A stretch of 64,000 bases of DNA from Tubulanus polymorphus. Taxonomy: Eukaryota > Animalia > Nemertea. The notes beneath the pieces were generated by a model. The model was not told where the DNA came from, made no database searches, and saw only the letters and a list, made by a program, of their open reading frames with translations. The translations under genes and the position numbers were made by a program. Positions within the stretch are counted from its first letter, which is position 1. The number at the start of each line of letters is the position of its first letter. The stretch spans positions 16,499,653 to 16,563,652 of the forward strand of contig NC_134028.1 in NCBI RefSeq assembly GCF_964204645.1. The letters run 5' to 3'. Shown piece after piece: positions 36,414-50,500 of this stretch.

Positions 36414-38907
36414 TTAATATGGATTGTAATCGAATGCAGAATAGATTACCAAATTAAAACCATCAACTGGCGATATGCTGAACTAACTCTTCAAACAACA
36501 ATCCTTTATTCTAAATCCAATCACTACAATTCTTAGCCCCTTATTAGACGATTGATACATAATATTATTATACTCGCAATTTCCAGATTTGAATTATAGT
36601 ACGCGCGCGGCGCACGTCTCCCAGTTTCATCTGTTTGTTTTTTAACAGCACGCGTGTGATAACTATGCTGTACGTTCTCTATTGATCGCTTCGCACGGAT
36701 TACCGTAGTACAATAGCGATATAAGGGTCTATTTACCTAGATAATTTCATTTTCCGCGCACGAGACACCAGATGAATTTAACAGCTCGTTCCCATGGTCA
36801 ACTTATTGTCAATTCTGCTATTAGAAGTAAAAGACCCACATTATGAAGAAAAAAATAGATGTTCATTTGACGTGCGACCAAATCATAGGCCTATGGCTAT
36901 CTTTAAAAACTGATTTATTATGCAGTTTATTACTTCAAACATTTAACACGTTTTCCATGCAACTATCCTTTGATACATTTACGCTTGTCTTTGATCCATA
37001 AGCATAATTCGCAACTATTTCACGGTCTCAAAGAACGCGACTTCACTTTGAAACAACTACTTAAGTTTTCTTCATTGTGAGTACTACAAGCGGTGTCAAC
37101 CATGATTGATGTTTTCAATCATGCGTTATCAAATTATATCCTTTTTTTCTTGAAAGAGAAAATTCGAAAGACGTACGTATAAGCCTATCGCTTAATTCGG
37201 GCTTAACAAAATTCGATGAATTTAAACTGTACGAAAGCGAATAAGACAAATTTGGATATAGTTCTGCTAATTACTGAATACTTCAAATTGGTACCATTAG
37301 TAACACTAATATTCAGAATTAAAAATGGTTTCAAATTTAAACTCAAGTGAAACTTAGGAAAACAAAATCAAGGAACGTTTAACAAAAATAAATGTACAGT
37401 CAACCCCGATATACCGCACCACATCAGTGCAGAACGATTCTGGCGGGGTATAGCAGTATGGTGGTAGATCAGGGGTGTTTAACAATGTTTTTGTAGATTG
37501 AAATAAAGGACCAATGGTCCAGTGGCTCGCCAAACTAGTGTGAAGTAAAAATCTGTCACGTAGGCTACCGGTATGCAAAAAATCATTTCATTGAAAATTA
37601 AACGATGACATCTTGATAAATTGATTATGGGCTTTTTGTCTGAACAAATGTTCATAATTGTAATACATCCCTTGAATGATGTAAAACAACTAAAACTATG
37701 AGTGACTCGATAAGATACGGTACAAACTTGATGAGAGCCTGGGTTTCATCGGAGGTTTTTTCATTTTTATCATACGGACCAATCAATGAAATGATTTTTT
37801 GCAAACCGGTAGCCTACGTGACAGATTTTTACTTCACACTAGTTTGGCGAGCCACTGGACCATTGGTCCTTTATTTCAATCTACAAAAACATTGTTAAAC
37901 ACCCCTGATCTACCACCATACTGCTATACCCCGCCAGAATCGTTCTGCACTGATGTGGGGCGGTATATCGGGGTTGACTGTACATTTATTTTTGTTAAAC
38001 GTTCCTTGATTTTGTTTTCCTAAGTTTCACTTGAGTTTAAATTTGAAACCATTTTTAATTCTGAATATTAGTGTTACTAATGGTAACAATTTGAAGTATT
38101 CAGTAATTAGCAGAACTATATCCAAATTTGTCTTATTCGCTTTCGTACAGTTTAAATTCATCGAATTTTGTTAAGCCCGAATTAAGCGATAGGCTTATAC
38201 GTACGTCTTTCGAATTAAGCTCCCAAGTTCTTCAAATTTGAGGCCAGTCAATGCCGGTTGCTGACGAAATAAAGTGTATTGAGTGACATGATTTTTAATA
38301 ATTTCACGATAGGATTGCTTTAAGTAGCTTACATCTTCACTCGGACAAATCGTAGTTACGCGCGACCTACACCGTGGCGCGCGTACTCTATAACTGATAC
38401 ATACACGCAGCGAACACGAGAGTTGTCGGCAACGCCGAGGTACACATCTGTTTGCGGTTTCAGCTATAGTACTGAATGACCATTTGTCCTATTTAGCTAT
38501 TTAGAATGTACTCTTGTTTATGCCTCCAGTCAAAACCTGGTTACACAGTGTGCACAGCCACAAGAGTATAAGGCTATGGGCCTATTGCCTACGCGACTGT
38601 ACACTACTGTTTTCAACGCGAACGCTCCACTGTGCCCCAGTGGCGCAAATAGCATTGCATTTTCACATGTGTTCTTTTGGACAGTAAAAAGATGCTGCAT
38701 AAAAAAACGTGCTAAAATAAATCGAATTTTTTACACTTTTTGGTAAATTTCTCAAAAATATAAAACCCACGACTTTCAACTTTGCGCACAATAAAGAAAA
38801 ACCAATAACGAAATATGTTTTTGCTTAATCCGTAATTCGCCCATTAGTAGCGAAATTACAGGCAAATGAAATTGCGTTTGAGTGAGCTAAAAATAGCTTC
38901 AAGCGTA

Positions 38908-38977
<70 letters not shown>

Positions 38978-39241
38978 TTTATTTACGTGTCATCTTTTTT
39001 ACAAAGCCAGCCTCCTAGAGGCTTACGAAACACAATATGCATATACGTACAGAAAGTTACATTGAATTGTAAATTATTAGTAGAAGTTAAGATAGTACGT
39101 GTTATTCTAAATGACGGCATTGCGCAGTTGTAGGGCTGTATTTATAAAGTTAGTTAGCGACTAATTTACAGACTTTACCTTCATTTAGGAGTAGAGAGAT
39201 TCTACTTGATACAGGTAGGTCTAAAATATCGATATTCAACT

Positions 39242-42200
39242 TTACATAAATTCTATTAAATAAATCTGCCGTTCATCTGAGTAACGATTACAATAAGGTA
39301 GAAAGTGTTCTTCTGTTTCTATTTCTCTTTGGTTGCATGATTCACAGAGTCTATAGTTAATTGGGATATTTCGGTATCTGCCTAGTTCAATATTAATAGG
39401 AAACGTTCCATTTCTCATGCGTGCAATGTTAGATCTGTTCATTCTTGACAGTGGAGCTTTTACATAATCATCAGTTTTAAAATCAAATTTGAAAGTGCAA
39501 TAGGTTCTAAGTTTAGGAAGTGAGGTAACAGTTCTAAGCCATTCAGTTTGGTAAAGTGATAAACATTTGGTTTTACAGTACAAAATAGTTTCCTTAATCG
39601 TAGAATTGCGTAGTATTTTATTTCCTATATGTTCGTAGTATTGAGCTATATTTAGTTTATACATAATTGAAATTACGTCCTTACACCAGGTATTTCTAGT
39701 TAACGATAAATGATAGTCCCAAAGAAATATTTTCCTAGTAAGTCTATAAACTGGTAAGTTACACAAACGGAACCACAATCTCAAAGTTTCTAGTTGGTGG
39801 CGGATTTTGACGGGAGTCCATCCAATATCACCCTCCAGTGTCACAAGTGCGGAATATTTTCCTACACCTAGATAAGATCTCATTGCTCTGTACTGAACAT
39901 TTTCTGCCACCCGCCATGGTTTGAGTCCCCATACACCGGCACCGTAATCCAGAATAGGAACCACTGTCGTATTAAAAAGTTTAGTATAAACCGCATACGG
40001 GAGTCCATTAGTAGAGAAATGTTTCGCTAAAATTCCAGCTAAACTGGTGAACAATTTCTAGTGGTTCGAGTCCATATCTAAAGTTGAAATTAGTTTCGGG
40101 CGATGTCTTATTTCGGAAGTGCATCATTTTTGTCTTATCGGTGTTCACGGCCATACGCCATTTATCGCACCAATTATGTGATACATTTATCATGCGCTGT
40201 AACGAATCCTCACTATCGCTGATTAAAACAATGTCATCGGCATATAACAAAATCGACACTTTTATACCATCTTATCCCAAGGTCTAAGCTTTTGATTTCT
40301 GATGCTAAATCGTTAATATAGATATTAAACAGTGTAGGCGATATATTATCTCCTTGAGTTGTTTTAAATCCATCGGTATAGTGTCCGTTAATTCGAATAT
40401 GCGCGCTAGTGTTCGTATACATGGCTTCGATAATCTTGAGAAAGTTACCTCTTATTCCTTGACGGTGTAGTTTATACAATAATAAAGTTCTATTTACAGA
40501 ATCGAACGCTTTCGAAAAGTCAACATAGCACACAAACATTGGTTTTTTAACTAATTTACGATTACTTACGATACTAGTGAGGCTAAATACTAGGTGGTCA
40601 AGGCAACTGCGATTAGGTCGAAAGCCGTTCTGCTCGTCGCATACAAGACGTATCGGCCCCACTCCGCGCGGTGGCGCCACCCCGCGGGATTTACGCGAAG
40701 CAGCAGAACACAAACACGGCCACTCTCTCAATTTTCAATGATAGAAATCGTGTGTGCATTTCAATTATTTCGGCTGTCAGGGTTTTAAGGCACAATATAA
40801 GTTGATGATGTGATATGGCGATGTTCATTAATGATAATTCCGCAGTGAAGCTAGTCACGAACGGTGCCGATTGAGTGTACAGCTGCCAAAAACACTGAAA
40901 TGTGCGTAGTTGCGTAACTATTTGCAGTGAATTGCAGACGAAACATGAAGCCTTAACGGCCGTTTAAAAAAAAATTATACCAATCGCAATTGTAAAATAA
41001 AAATGAGATAGAACCTAAGTTAAAATTCTGGCCATTTCTAAAATGTTATTAATTATTATTACTAATTTTTAGTCAGTGCGGAACGTTTAGTTTTCCAACA
41101 ATAATGAGGGGTGGTAGGTAGTCATGCAATTCAAGTCATCATTTATTACACGTTACTTCCGTGTTGTTGAAATCTCGCGAGTCCTGGACTAAACCCCAAT
41201 GAACAATGTGATCTGTGTGCTGGCCACAAATGCACACAGATCACACTACGCTACCCATTACACACTCCAGTACCCACAGCTTTCATATATCCATCCAAAT
41301 ATTTAGTGACTTTCTTCCTGGGTCGTATTTCTCGCAATATTGGGTTAAACGGTTATTCAGAACGCTGCTGAATAGTTTTCCTATTGTTGAGTTCAGGCTG
41401 ATCGGTCTATAGTTCAACGGATTTTCGGGGTCATTTCCTTGTTTATGTATCGGATGAATAATACTTTCGTTCCACGATGTTGGCACTTTCCCATAACTGA
41501 ATATCTTATAGAAGAGTGCATGTAGAATATTCGTTAAGTGCGGGCTTTTTAGAATTTCGTTTGGTATCTTATCAGAACCGGTTGCTTTTCCATTCTGTAA
41601 TTTACAAACAGCTTTGACAATTTCAATTCGTTTTATCGGTTCATTCAGTTCTGCATTATTGGGTTCAGCGTTTGGTGTATTGTCCGATCGAATGTTCGAC
41701 CATTCCCGTTGTATCTCGTTAAAGAACGTATCGTTAAATTCGTGATTTTGTTTATTGTATAAGTTGTCCCATTCGCTCTTCCATTTTTCTAAGATGGTAT
41801 CTTTTTCGGTTGAGGTACTTCCGTCGTCCAGTTCAACAGATGATATTTTCGAGTTCTTTCCGCTATTGGGGCCTAGTTGTTTGATTTCACGCCAAAACAG
41901 TTTTGGGTTGTTTGTTTGAAGTAGTTCTATATCCGACATTTTGCCACTATAATAACGCCGTTCGGCTTTACGATATTCGCGATCGAATTCATTTCGGGCT
42001 TTTTTAAACGCATTTAGATATTGGTCTCTACGAGGACCTTTGTGTCGTAGATATTCGCGTTCTCGAGTTTTGCATCGCGTCCATAATGATTTTAAGTCAT
42101 TGTTCCACCACGGTTTTTCTTTTATTCTATGGTTGTTACGATGAAAGTTAGTTTTTAAGTCTTTATACGGTATCGAGACATCCATTTCATTCTGAAGTTC

Positions 42201-43217
42201 TCGTATTAATTCCATATACGATTCGTCTATGTCTGTCTGTGTTGAGTGTGATTTGATTTTATTGTTGCATATAGCGATAATTGCACGACGTCTACGATCA
42301 TTCAATAGGAAATTTAAGTGCGCTCCGTTTGGTGAATATTTTCGCTCTTTTCTTTTATCGCGTTCACGTTGCGGGGTTTTTCGAGAGAATTTACAGCTAT
42401 CTATGTATTCTGAATGTTTGATCGTGCAGCAAAATATGGAGTGATCGGGTATCCGACAGTCTGCACCGTAGGTGGATATTTTTGCGAGATCGGAGATAGT
42501 ATGCACTTTAAAGTTTTCGATTTTATCAAAACAGCTGATCGGTGTTAAGAGGTAATCCACTACCGATCGACCTTTCGATGACACGCATGTGTAATTATCG
42601 TATTCCGATTCAAAGCGCCCGTTTAATACGCAAAGATTGGTGTCCTGCACGAATGATAGGAGAAAGTCACCGAATTTATTGTGTGTTTCATCTACATTTA
42701 TTCTTTCGGGGAGGTTTTGTTCTTCGTGGTCTTTTTTACTACCAATTCTTCCGTTTAAGTCACCTGCAATTATGAGTATATCGTTATTCCAGTAGTAGTA
42801 CATTTGCGTCGTGAGCGTGTCGTAGAACTCTTGAGCTTTATTGCCCCGTGACGATCTTTCCGGTGGCAAGTATGTCGCGCAGAGTGTAAATGTTGAATTA
42901 TCTTCTTGGTTACGAAATCGCATCCACATTATATCTTCATATGAACGATCAAGTACTTGCGGTTCAAACCTGTTTAGTACTGAGTTTTTAACTAGTATTC
43001 CTACTCCTCCGGAGCCTCGCAGTGCTTTCTTGTGTATTTCTTTACGATTATGACCGTACCAAGTGTATCCTGTCAGCGTTATCACCTTCTCGTCCATTAA
43101 GTGTGTTTCGTTAAGTATCAATATATCTAGATTGAGTTTTTCTATGATATCTGAGCGAAGTAGATTTGCGGCGTGATTTTCTGTTTCCGTCCAGCCATAT
43201 ACGTTCCATTGTCCCAT
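39242..43217 (-). pseudogene. LINE ORF2 (endonuclease, RT, C-terminal CCHC), interrupted at ~40654-41323
   Basis: WNVYG, LNETHL, GDLNGR, SVVDY, PDH, NYRPISL, EQNGFR, YVDFSKAFD, LLYADD, IELGRY..RLCESC..ETEEHF..C. Confidence 0.93.
40654..41323. mobile_element. ~670-bp unclassified insertion in LINE ORF2
   Basis: Breaks ...QYCEKY|LVCDEQNGFR; flanked by CGTAT on both sides; GC-rich hairpin at 40663-40687. Confidence 0.6.
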
Positions 43218-43250
43218 TGTTATATTACAGTCTAGAGACTGGCTGATGTC

Positions 43251-44321
43251 TTATTCTGTGTGTTCCTTGTCATTGTCCGGTCTTGTTTCCAACCGATCAG
43301 GATCCGGCTCAGGTTCAGCATTTTGGGTATCCATTGATTGTTGACCTGATACGTTTCGGAGGTCTTTGAGATCTCCGGTGTGTACTTTCCCGTTGATGAA
43401 AAGCTTCCCTTCCCAGTTGAAGTGCGCTTTGTGTCCCTGTTTGATAGCTTCTTTTTTAGCTGGTAGTTTTTTCTTAATTTCAGCTGCCGTTTCTGAGCAG
43501 TAATCTTCACTAACGGATATATTAGAGTTCTTCAATTTATGCGCTTTACGACGGGCATTTTCCCTGTCAGGAAAATTAGCGAATCGTGCTATTATTGCGC
43601 GAGGTCCGGGTTTGGCATTTCTTCGGTTTAATCTGTGGACGCGTTGGAATTTCACTTCGTCTGCATTGGTTATTTCCATCGTATTCTTCAGAATATCTCG
43701 AATCAAATTTCCACAGTTCTCACGGTCAGCTTCAGGCACGCCATAGAATATCAGGTTGTCCCGTCTACTATAATTTTCGATATTACGTATGCGTTGGGCG
43801 TTTCGCTTCGATTGTTCATTTATATCCGTGATGAGCTATTTCGTTTTTATAATAATCTTTTCTAATTACATTGTGTTCCAAACGGGTATTAACAATTGAG
43901 TTCTTGACTGCGGTCATTTCGGCTTCGACTTTCGTTACTCTTCCGGATAAATCGTTGATCGATTGGGAGATGGTTTCAATCTTTGCATTAAGATCAGGGA
44001 GTAAATTTACTTTCTCAATTACGGTATTCAGCATCAGTTCTAATTTGTTTTTCAATTTGCTGCAATCGGGACACCTTTCACAGTCCACTTTCGTGATTTT
44101 TCCGGTTTCTAAGTTCAGGTACTCCAGGGTTCTATATTGTTCTGTTTCTGGACTCCTGTGGATATCGATCGTTTATCTCCAGGTCGGGGATCTCTATGCA
44201 CGGTCACAGGCGTTTGGTCACCTTGGTTGTACATTTTCACCGTGTTGTGATTATTCAAGCGGAACGGATTTCGGTATGTACGGTAGACGCTATACGGTAT
44301 ATCGCGACTTAGAGTTTCCAA
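43251..44321 (-). pseudogene. LINE ORF1 (coiled coil + L1-type RRM)
   Basis: RRDNLIFYGVPE, FQRVHRL, PRAIIARF, ISVSEDY, GKLFING. Confidence 0.85.
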
Positions 44322-44559
44322 TGAAAATTTCGAGTGAAAATAAAGGTTTTGCGATGTCTATATATTACCGGACGAACCGATAAATGTTCTGACGTACTGT
44401 TTCTTATGGATAATCGCCAGTCACTGATATAATATTGGTACCCAGTTCCATCAGGAAACGGTCATTATAAAGGTTTTTGATCGAGCCAAAGTACAGCGTG
44501 TCCATTGGTGTCCGCCATCTTGTGTATATCTTATTCAGTGTTATTACCAACTCGAAAAT

Positions 44560-47500
44560 AACACATGTGAAAATGCAATGCTATTTGCGCCACTGGGGCA
44601 CGGTGGAGCGTTCGCGTTGAAAACAGTAGTGTACAGTCGCGTAGGCAATAGGCCCATAGCCTTATACTCTCGTGTTCACTGCGTGTATGTATCAGTTATA
44701 GAGTACGCGCGCCACGGTGTAGGTCGCGCGTAACTACGATTTGTCCGAGTGAAGATGTAAGCTACTTAAAGCAATCCTATCGTGAAATTATTAAAAATCA
44801 TGTCACTCAATACACTTTATTTCGGCAGTAAACGGCACTGACTGGCCTCAAATTTGAAGAACTTGGGAGCTTCTGTCCTGATTGGTCCGTATGATAAAAA
44901 TGAAAAAACCTCCGATGAAACCCAGGCTCTCATCAAGTTTGTACCGTATCTTATCGAGTCACTCATAGTTTTAGTTGTTTTACATCATTCAAGGGATGTA
45001 TTACAATTATGAACATTTGTTCAGACAAAAAGCCCATAATCAATTTATCAAGATGTCATCGTTTAATTTTCAATGAAATGATTTTTTGCATACCGGTAGC
45101 CTACGTGACAGATTTTTACTTCACACTAGTTTGGCGAGCCACTGGACCATTGGTCCTTTATTTCAATCTACAAATACATTGTTAAACACCCCTGATCTAC
45201 CACCATACTCTCTATACCGCCAGAATCGTTCTGCACCGATGTGGTGCGGTATATCGGGGTTGACTGTACATTTATTTTTGTTAAACGTTCCTTGATTTTG
45301 TTTTCCTAAGTTTCACTTGAGTTTAAATTTGAAACCATTTTTAATTCTGAATATTAGTGTTACTAATGGTACCAATTTGAAGTATTCAGTAATTAGCAGA
45401 ACTGTAGCCAAATTTGTCTTATTCGCTTTCGTACAGTTTAAATTCATCGAATTTTGTTAAGCCCGAATTAAGCGATAGGCTTATACGTACGTCTTTCGAA
45501 TTTTCTCTTTCAAGAAAGAAAGGATATAATTTGATAACGCATGATTGAAAACATCAATCATGGTTGACACCGCTTGTAGTACTCACAATGAAGAAAACTT
45601 AAGTAGTTGTTTCAAAGTGAAGTCGCGTTCTTTGAGACCGTGAAATAGTTACGAATTATGCTTATGGATCAAAGACAAGCGTAAATGTATCAAAGGATAG
45701 TTGCATGGAAACGTGTTAAATGTTTGAAGTAATAAACTGCATAATAAATCAGTTTTTAAAGATAGCCATATGATTTGGTCGAGACGTCAAATGAACATCT
45801 ATTTTTTTCTTTATAATGTGGGTCGTTTACTTCTAATAGCCGAATTGACAATAACTTGACCATGGGAACGAGCTGTTAAATTTATCTGGTGTCTCGTTCG
45901 CGGAAAGTGAAATGATCTAGGTAAATAGACCCTTATATATCGCTATTGTACTACGGAAATCCGTGCGAAGCGATCAATAGAGAACGTACATCATAGTTGT
46001 CACACGCGTGCTGTTAAAAAACAAACAGATGAAACTGGGAGACGTGAGCCGCGCGCGTACTATAATTCAAGGATGATAAAATCTGGAAATTGCGAGTATA
46101 ATAATATTATGTATCAATCGTCTAATAAGGGGCTAAGAATTGTAGTGATTGGATTTAGAATAAAAGATTGTTGTTTGAAGAGTTAGTTCAGTATATCGCC
46201 AGTTGATGGTTTTAATTTGGTAATCTATCCTGCATTCGATTGCAATCCATATTAATTTATAGTTAGTATTTTATTTTTGACAATACTCAATGATTTGAAT
46301 GTGAGCCACGGGCCATTTGGTCCGTTATTTTGTTCTTTCATTTCTTGAAAACTGTTAATTTATGGAATGAAATATCCTATTATATGATTATTATTAAATC
46401 TAATGCACATTACCAATTGGATAGCTTAAATGAATTATTAATTCAATAAAAGTTACTGATCTTCTTGAATTCATATCTTTGGTTCTTTTTTATCATTCCA
46501 AGCCTCCAGTTTAAAAATTGATCACAGTTGGAAAATACTAATTATTTAGGCCCAACCAGGTTTTTTGTTTCGAATGTTCACTTTTAAAATATACATGAAA
46601 TATTTTTTTTCCGACTTAACAACCAGGAAAAGAATTATTTTCGTTTTATCGCCTTCCGCCGTCACCCAATCGATTATAACCAAAATTATGAAATTTAATT
46701 CAGACCTCATGTGTCCGAACAAAGTTTCGTAGTAGGCCTAGTTCTTTCCCATGCTTTGGCTGTGGCATATATTTCTATTATATCTGCAGAAATAATCATA
46801 AATGTGAGTAAATTATCTAAGGACTGAAAAATGCATTTTCAATGCATTTTCAATCACTTGGATATAACTTATACCCCTTATGTCCACTTTATGATTGAAA
46901 AATATGAAAAGAAAATTAGGCTTATATTTACGGTTGTACTGTTTTCTATTTTGTATGGACTACACTCTAAAATGCGTATAAAAACCCACATTTTATTTCC
47001 TTATAGACTTGTCGGTCAGTTAGTACAAGAATAAAATACCATAGAGGGTCAAGTCCAGTATCTTGTGAAATAGTGCGTAGATGTAGTTTTTCTAATTTTG
47101 AAAAGGTGTGATTCTGCCAAGCTTATCAAATTTAGTCCGGCACTCCCGACATACTCGACATTCCTGACATACCCGGCACTCCCGACATACCCGACAATGC
47201 CAACGTACAAGGCACTCCCGACAATCCCTAAATACCCGACACTCCCGGCAAGCCCGACATACCCGGGACTCTCAGCACCTCCATACATGACTATCCCGGC
47301 ACATCTATACCTCACTATCCCGGTACCTCTATAGCACGTTTATACTTCACTATCATTACAGCATCATCTATATACCTCACTATTGAGAACATCTATACCT
47401 CACTATGCAATTCCCAGCATTCGGCAATCGGAAACCACGATGGAACTATTTTTACCTATTCCGGAGTCGAACCGCACCTCAATACCTCACTATCCCAGCA

Positions 47501-47598
47501 CCTTTACTTCTCTATCCTGGGAGAGTCGGGTATGTTGGGATTGTCGGGAATGTCGGGTGTATCAGGAGTGTCGGGAGTGCCGGGTATGTCAGGGATTG
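44560..47598 (-). repeat. Right arm of large inverted duplication
   Basis: Reverse complement of 31736-38673 minus arm-specific indels. Confidence 0.92.
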
Positions 47599-50500
47599 CA
47601 TAGGCCTATATGGCACTCAGGTTGAGAAGGGGGTGCGAGCTTCATCACGGGGCTCGTATCAGAGTAGTATATAGGTACAATAACGAAAACCTACAAACGA
47701 GCCCCCGTGCTGTTAATAGCTAGAAAATTCAATGACTGAGTAACAACTGCACAATATATTCATATAACTGAGAAACAACTTACGTTTAATATGTATTCTT
47801 TTTATAATCAAGTGAGTCGGCTGCGCTTCTTGTATATATATTTATATAAAATATAAGCAGTAACTGACGTTCAGGGAGGCTTGGTCAAGCGCACGACTTC
47901 AGGACCACCCACCGGAATTAAAACTCATCTCCATCTAATTTAATTACATCATTTCGTCGGAAATATATACTGCCATGTGACTGTATAATGTAAAATTATC
48001 TCTTTTCAACAAGTTTTCTTTAGCAATCCTGCAAAGTTAATTTACTGACAATCACTGTTCTATTTAAACTACCCGTCCACATAAATTCGGGTCGTTTAAA
48101 AACCTAATTATCAGGTATGTAGGCCTTCTACCAAAAGACGACTGAGCTATTAGGGCACCAAACTACCGTGCAAACAATAGAAAGCTGAAATAAACATTAC
48201 AGTCATATAACTGATGTTTGCCTACCTTTGAAAATACCATTTCGTTGCTGCTGTTTGGCACACAATAATGATTGGAATAGCCTGCTTCCATAGCTTTGCG
48301 ACCGATAGTCATTTTCATTTGATTTCTTATACCTCGATTGTCACAGTTTATGATGCTTTGATATCCCTATTCCGAATACCAGTATCCACTCGCAGTCTAG
48401 TGTATCATGCCGATGACTGTATACAAGCGCTCAACGCAATGCGTTTTCCATACGTGAATCGATTCTGAGATTAATGTCGCAATGGCAACGATCGATTTTG
48501 TATAAGTACCGTTGCATGTAACAGTAGTGTAACCAGTGGAGGCGAGTTTTCCTGGTAAGTCGTACCGTGTGGTCCTATCTCCCGATGTGGCCCACTTTAA
48601 CACCAGAAGACATCCACATCGATACATGTTGGATACGTATATATATCATGCAATGCTAGAATATGTAAGAATAGCTCAACATAAGCCAATCCCTTGATAT
48701 TGAAGGAATTTTTTCAAATGAAGAATTATTCGTGAAAAGATGCAAAGCATTTTAGAGGAATTCAGAAATCACTTTAGCAACGATAATTTGATTATACGAG
48801 TTGATCAATTGAAACTTTTACTGAAGGGGAATATATCTTCATTTGAAGTGCACATATGAAAGGCTGAATCCAAGAACATGTTTATCGCACTTTTGAGCCC
48901 AAACGTCTACTTTTACTTAGTAGTCACTTGAGAACAATAAGCAATTAACGATATCAGCTACTTTTCCAGTAGTATACATTTCAAAACAGTCACTCTGAAA
49001 TAGTATTCCTTTCAATTCGGTTGGTTTTCTATAGTGGCTGTTTCGATGAGTCTACTATTGAAAAGTGACCATTTTAAAACATCTGGTTTCGATAGTGCAC
49101 ACTAGCAGTAGAGGTGACTGTAAAACCACCCGCATGTAAACAGTGACTTTGTGATAGTAACTTTTACCGTAACAGCTACTCTCAAAACACATCGTTTCTA
49201 AAAGTCAACTATTGAAAAGTGACCATTTTGAGATCGCTTGCCAGATTCCCTGTTATAAATACACTGTAGCAACATATGCTTCAGATTTGCAGTGATACGT
49301 GACAATATAAACATACTGATAATTCTACTCATGCTATACTTTGGGGTATAGTTCTATTTAGAGCGACTCAGTTAAGATCTGAAGATATTGTAGATACTCT
49401 TTGAGGATGTGAAATGTGATGAGCGATTCCCAACTCTAACCAATAAAAGTCAAGATTGGAGTTAGATTTGTTTACAAATTGTCAATAGTTATGTAGTGTT
49501 AGGATTAATCGAAATGTCCTTCTTTTCATGGCGATATGATTTAATAAAGAATTCAATTTGAACAAATGCAACTTCCAAGCATAGGTCTGCATTTATTTTT
49601 GGTAAATTCTTAGATTAAAAGCGCAATCATAAATCCAGGCTATAACCTCTCATTATTGAAATGGAACGCGTTCTCAAATGTTTTGATACTTTCTCAGTTT
49701 GTATCAAAAATATTGCCGATTTTTGGTCCTTATGTCCTGAAAAATGATAGATTTACAGTGTACAATCGTACAAACGTGTCATCTATACCACAAAACACTT
49801 TATTTCCTGACCAATTTATGATGTTATGTCTGGGCCATAGACCTCAATATCTGCCTGTGATCTCAACTTTCAATTAAGATTACGTAAGCTACTCGTGCCC
49901 AAAACGCGGCAGGCGCACAATAGAAAGTTCCGCGCAAGGTACTTTTATTGTCGCCGACGTAGAGGACCGATATTTTGCTAATTGGATTCGGGAGGTTTAA
50001 ACCTCCCAAGGTCAATTTACTAAAATTGTGACCTTCAGGGAGATTCTACGAAATGCCGATCGTAATCAATTTTGGTAGAACTTTATACCATAATGCTCAC
50101 TGGTTTTAATGTCAAACCATGTAGTCCATATTTGGTAAGTTGTAAATTACTTAAAACCGAAAGAAAAACCCATTATTGGATCGAGTTTTTCCTAATTACA
50201 CGAATTACTTGAAATATCTACTAAATGAAATGTATACACAATACCAATAAGAACAACCTGATTTGATTCTGTTCGGAATTCATTCCTATATTTTCAGTAG
50301 TAGGCAGTATTTCTTAATGATTTTTTCTATAGCGTCATTTCAGCCATGGACTGTAAAAAAACGTTACTGATTCCATGGTTTAGCTCGTTTTCGAGTAAAA
50401 TATTGCATTTGATTCATTTCCCGTTGTGGTGTTGTCAAAGCTATATTTTCACAGTCCGATCAGTGATACAAATAGCTACTCAGTTACCAACGGTATAGCC

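Larger units (their letters stand above)
31736..38673 (+). repeat. Left arm of large inverted duplication
   Basis: Collinear reverse-complement match to 44560-47598 (e.g. near-identical ORFs 33112-33315(-) and 46831-47034(+)). Confidence 0.92.
38916..44521 (-). mobile_element. Full-length LINE (APE-RT; clade uncertain, RTEX/CR1-like) with (TA)n tail
   Basis: 5' end AAGATGGCGG; ORF1 and ORF2; AATAAA then (AT)n; 8-bp TSD GTGTATAT (38908-38915, 44522-44529). Confidence 0.9.
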
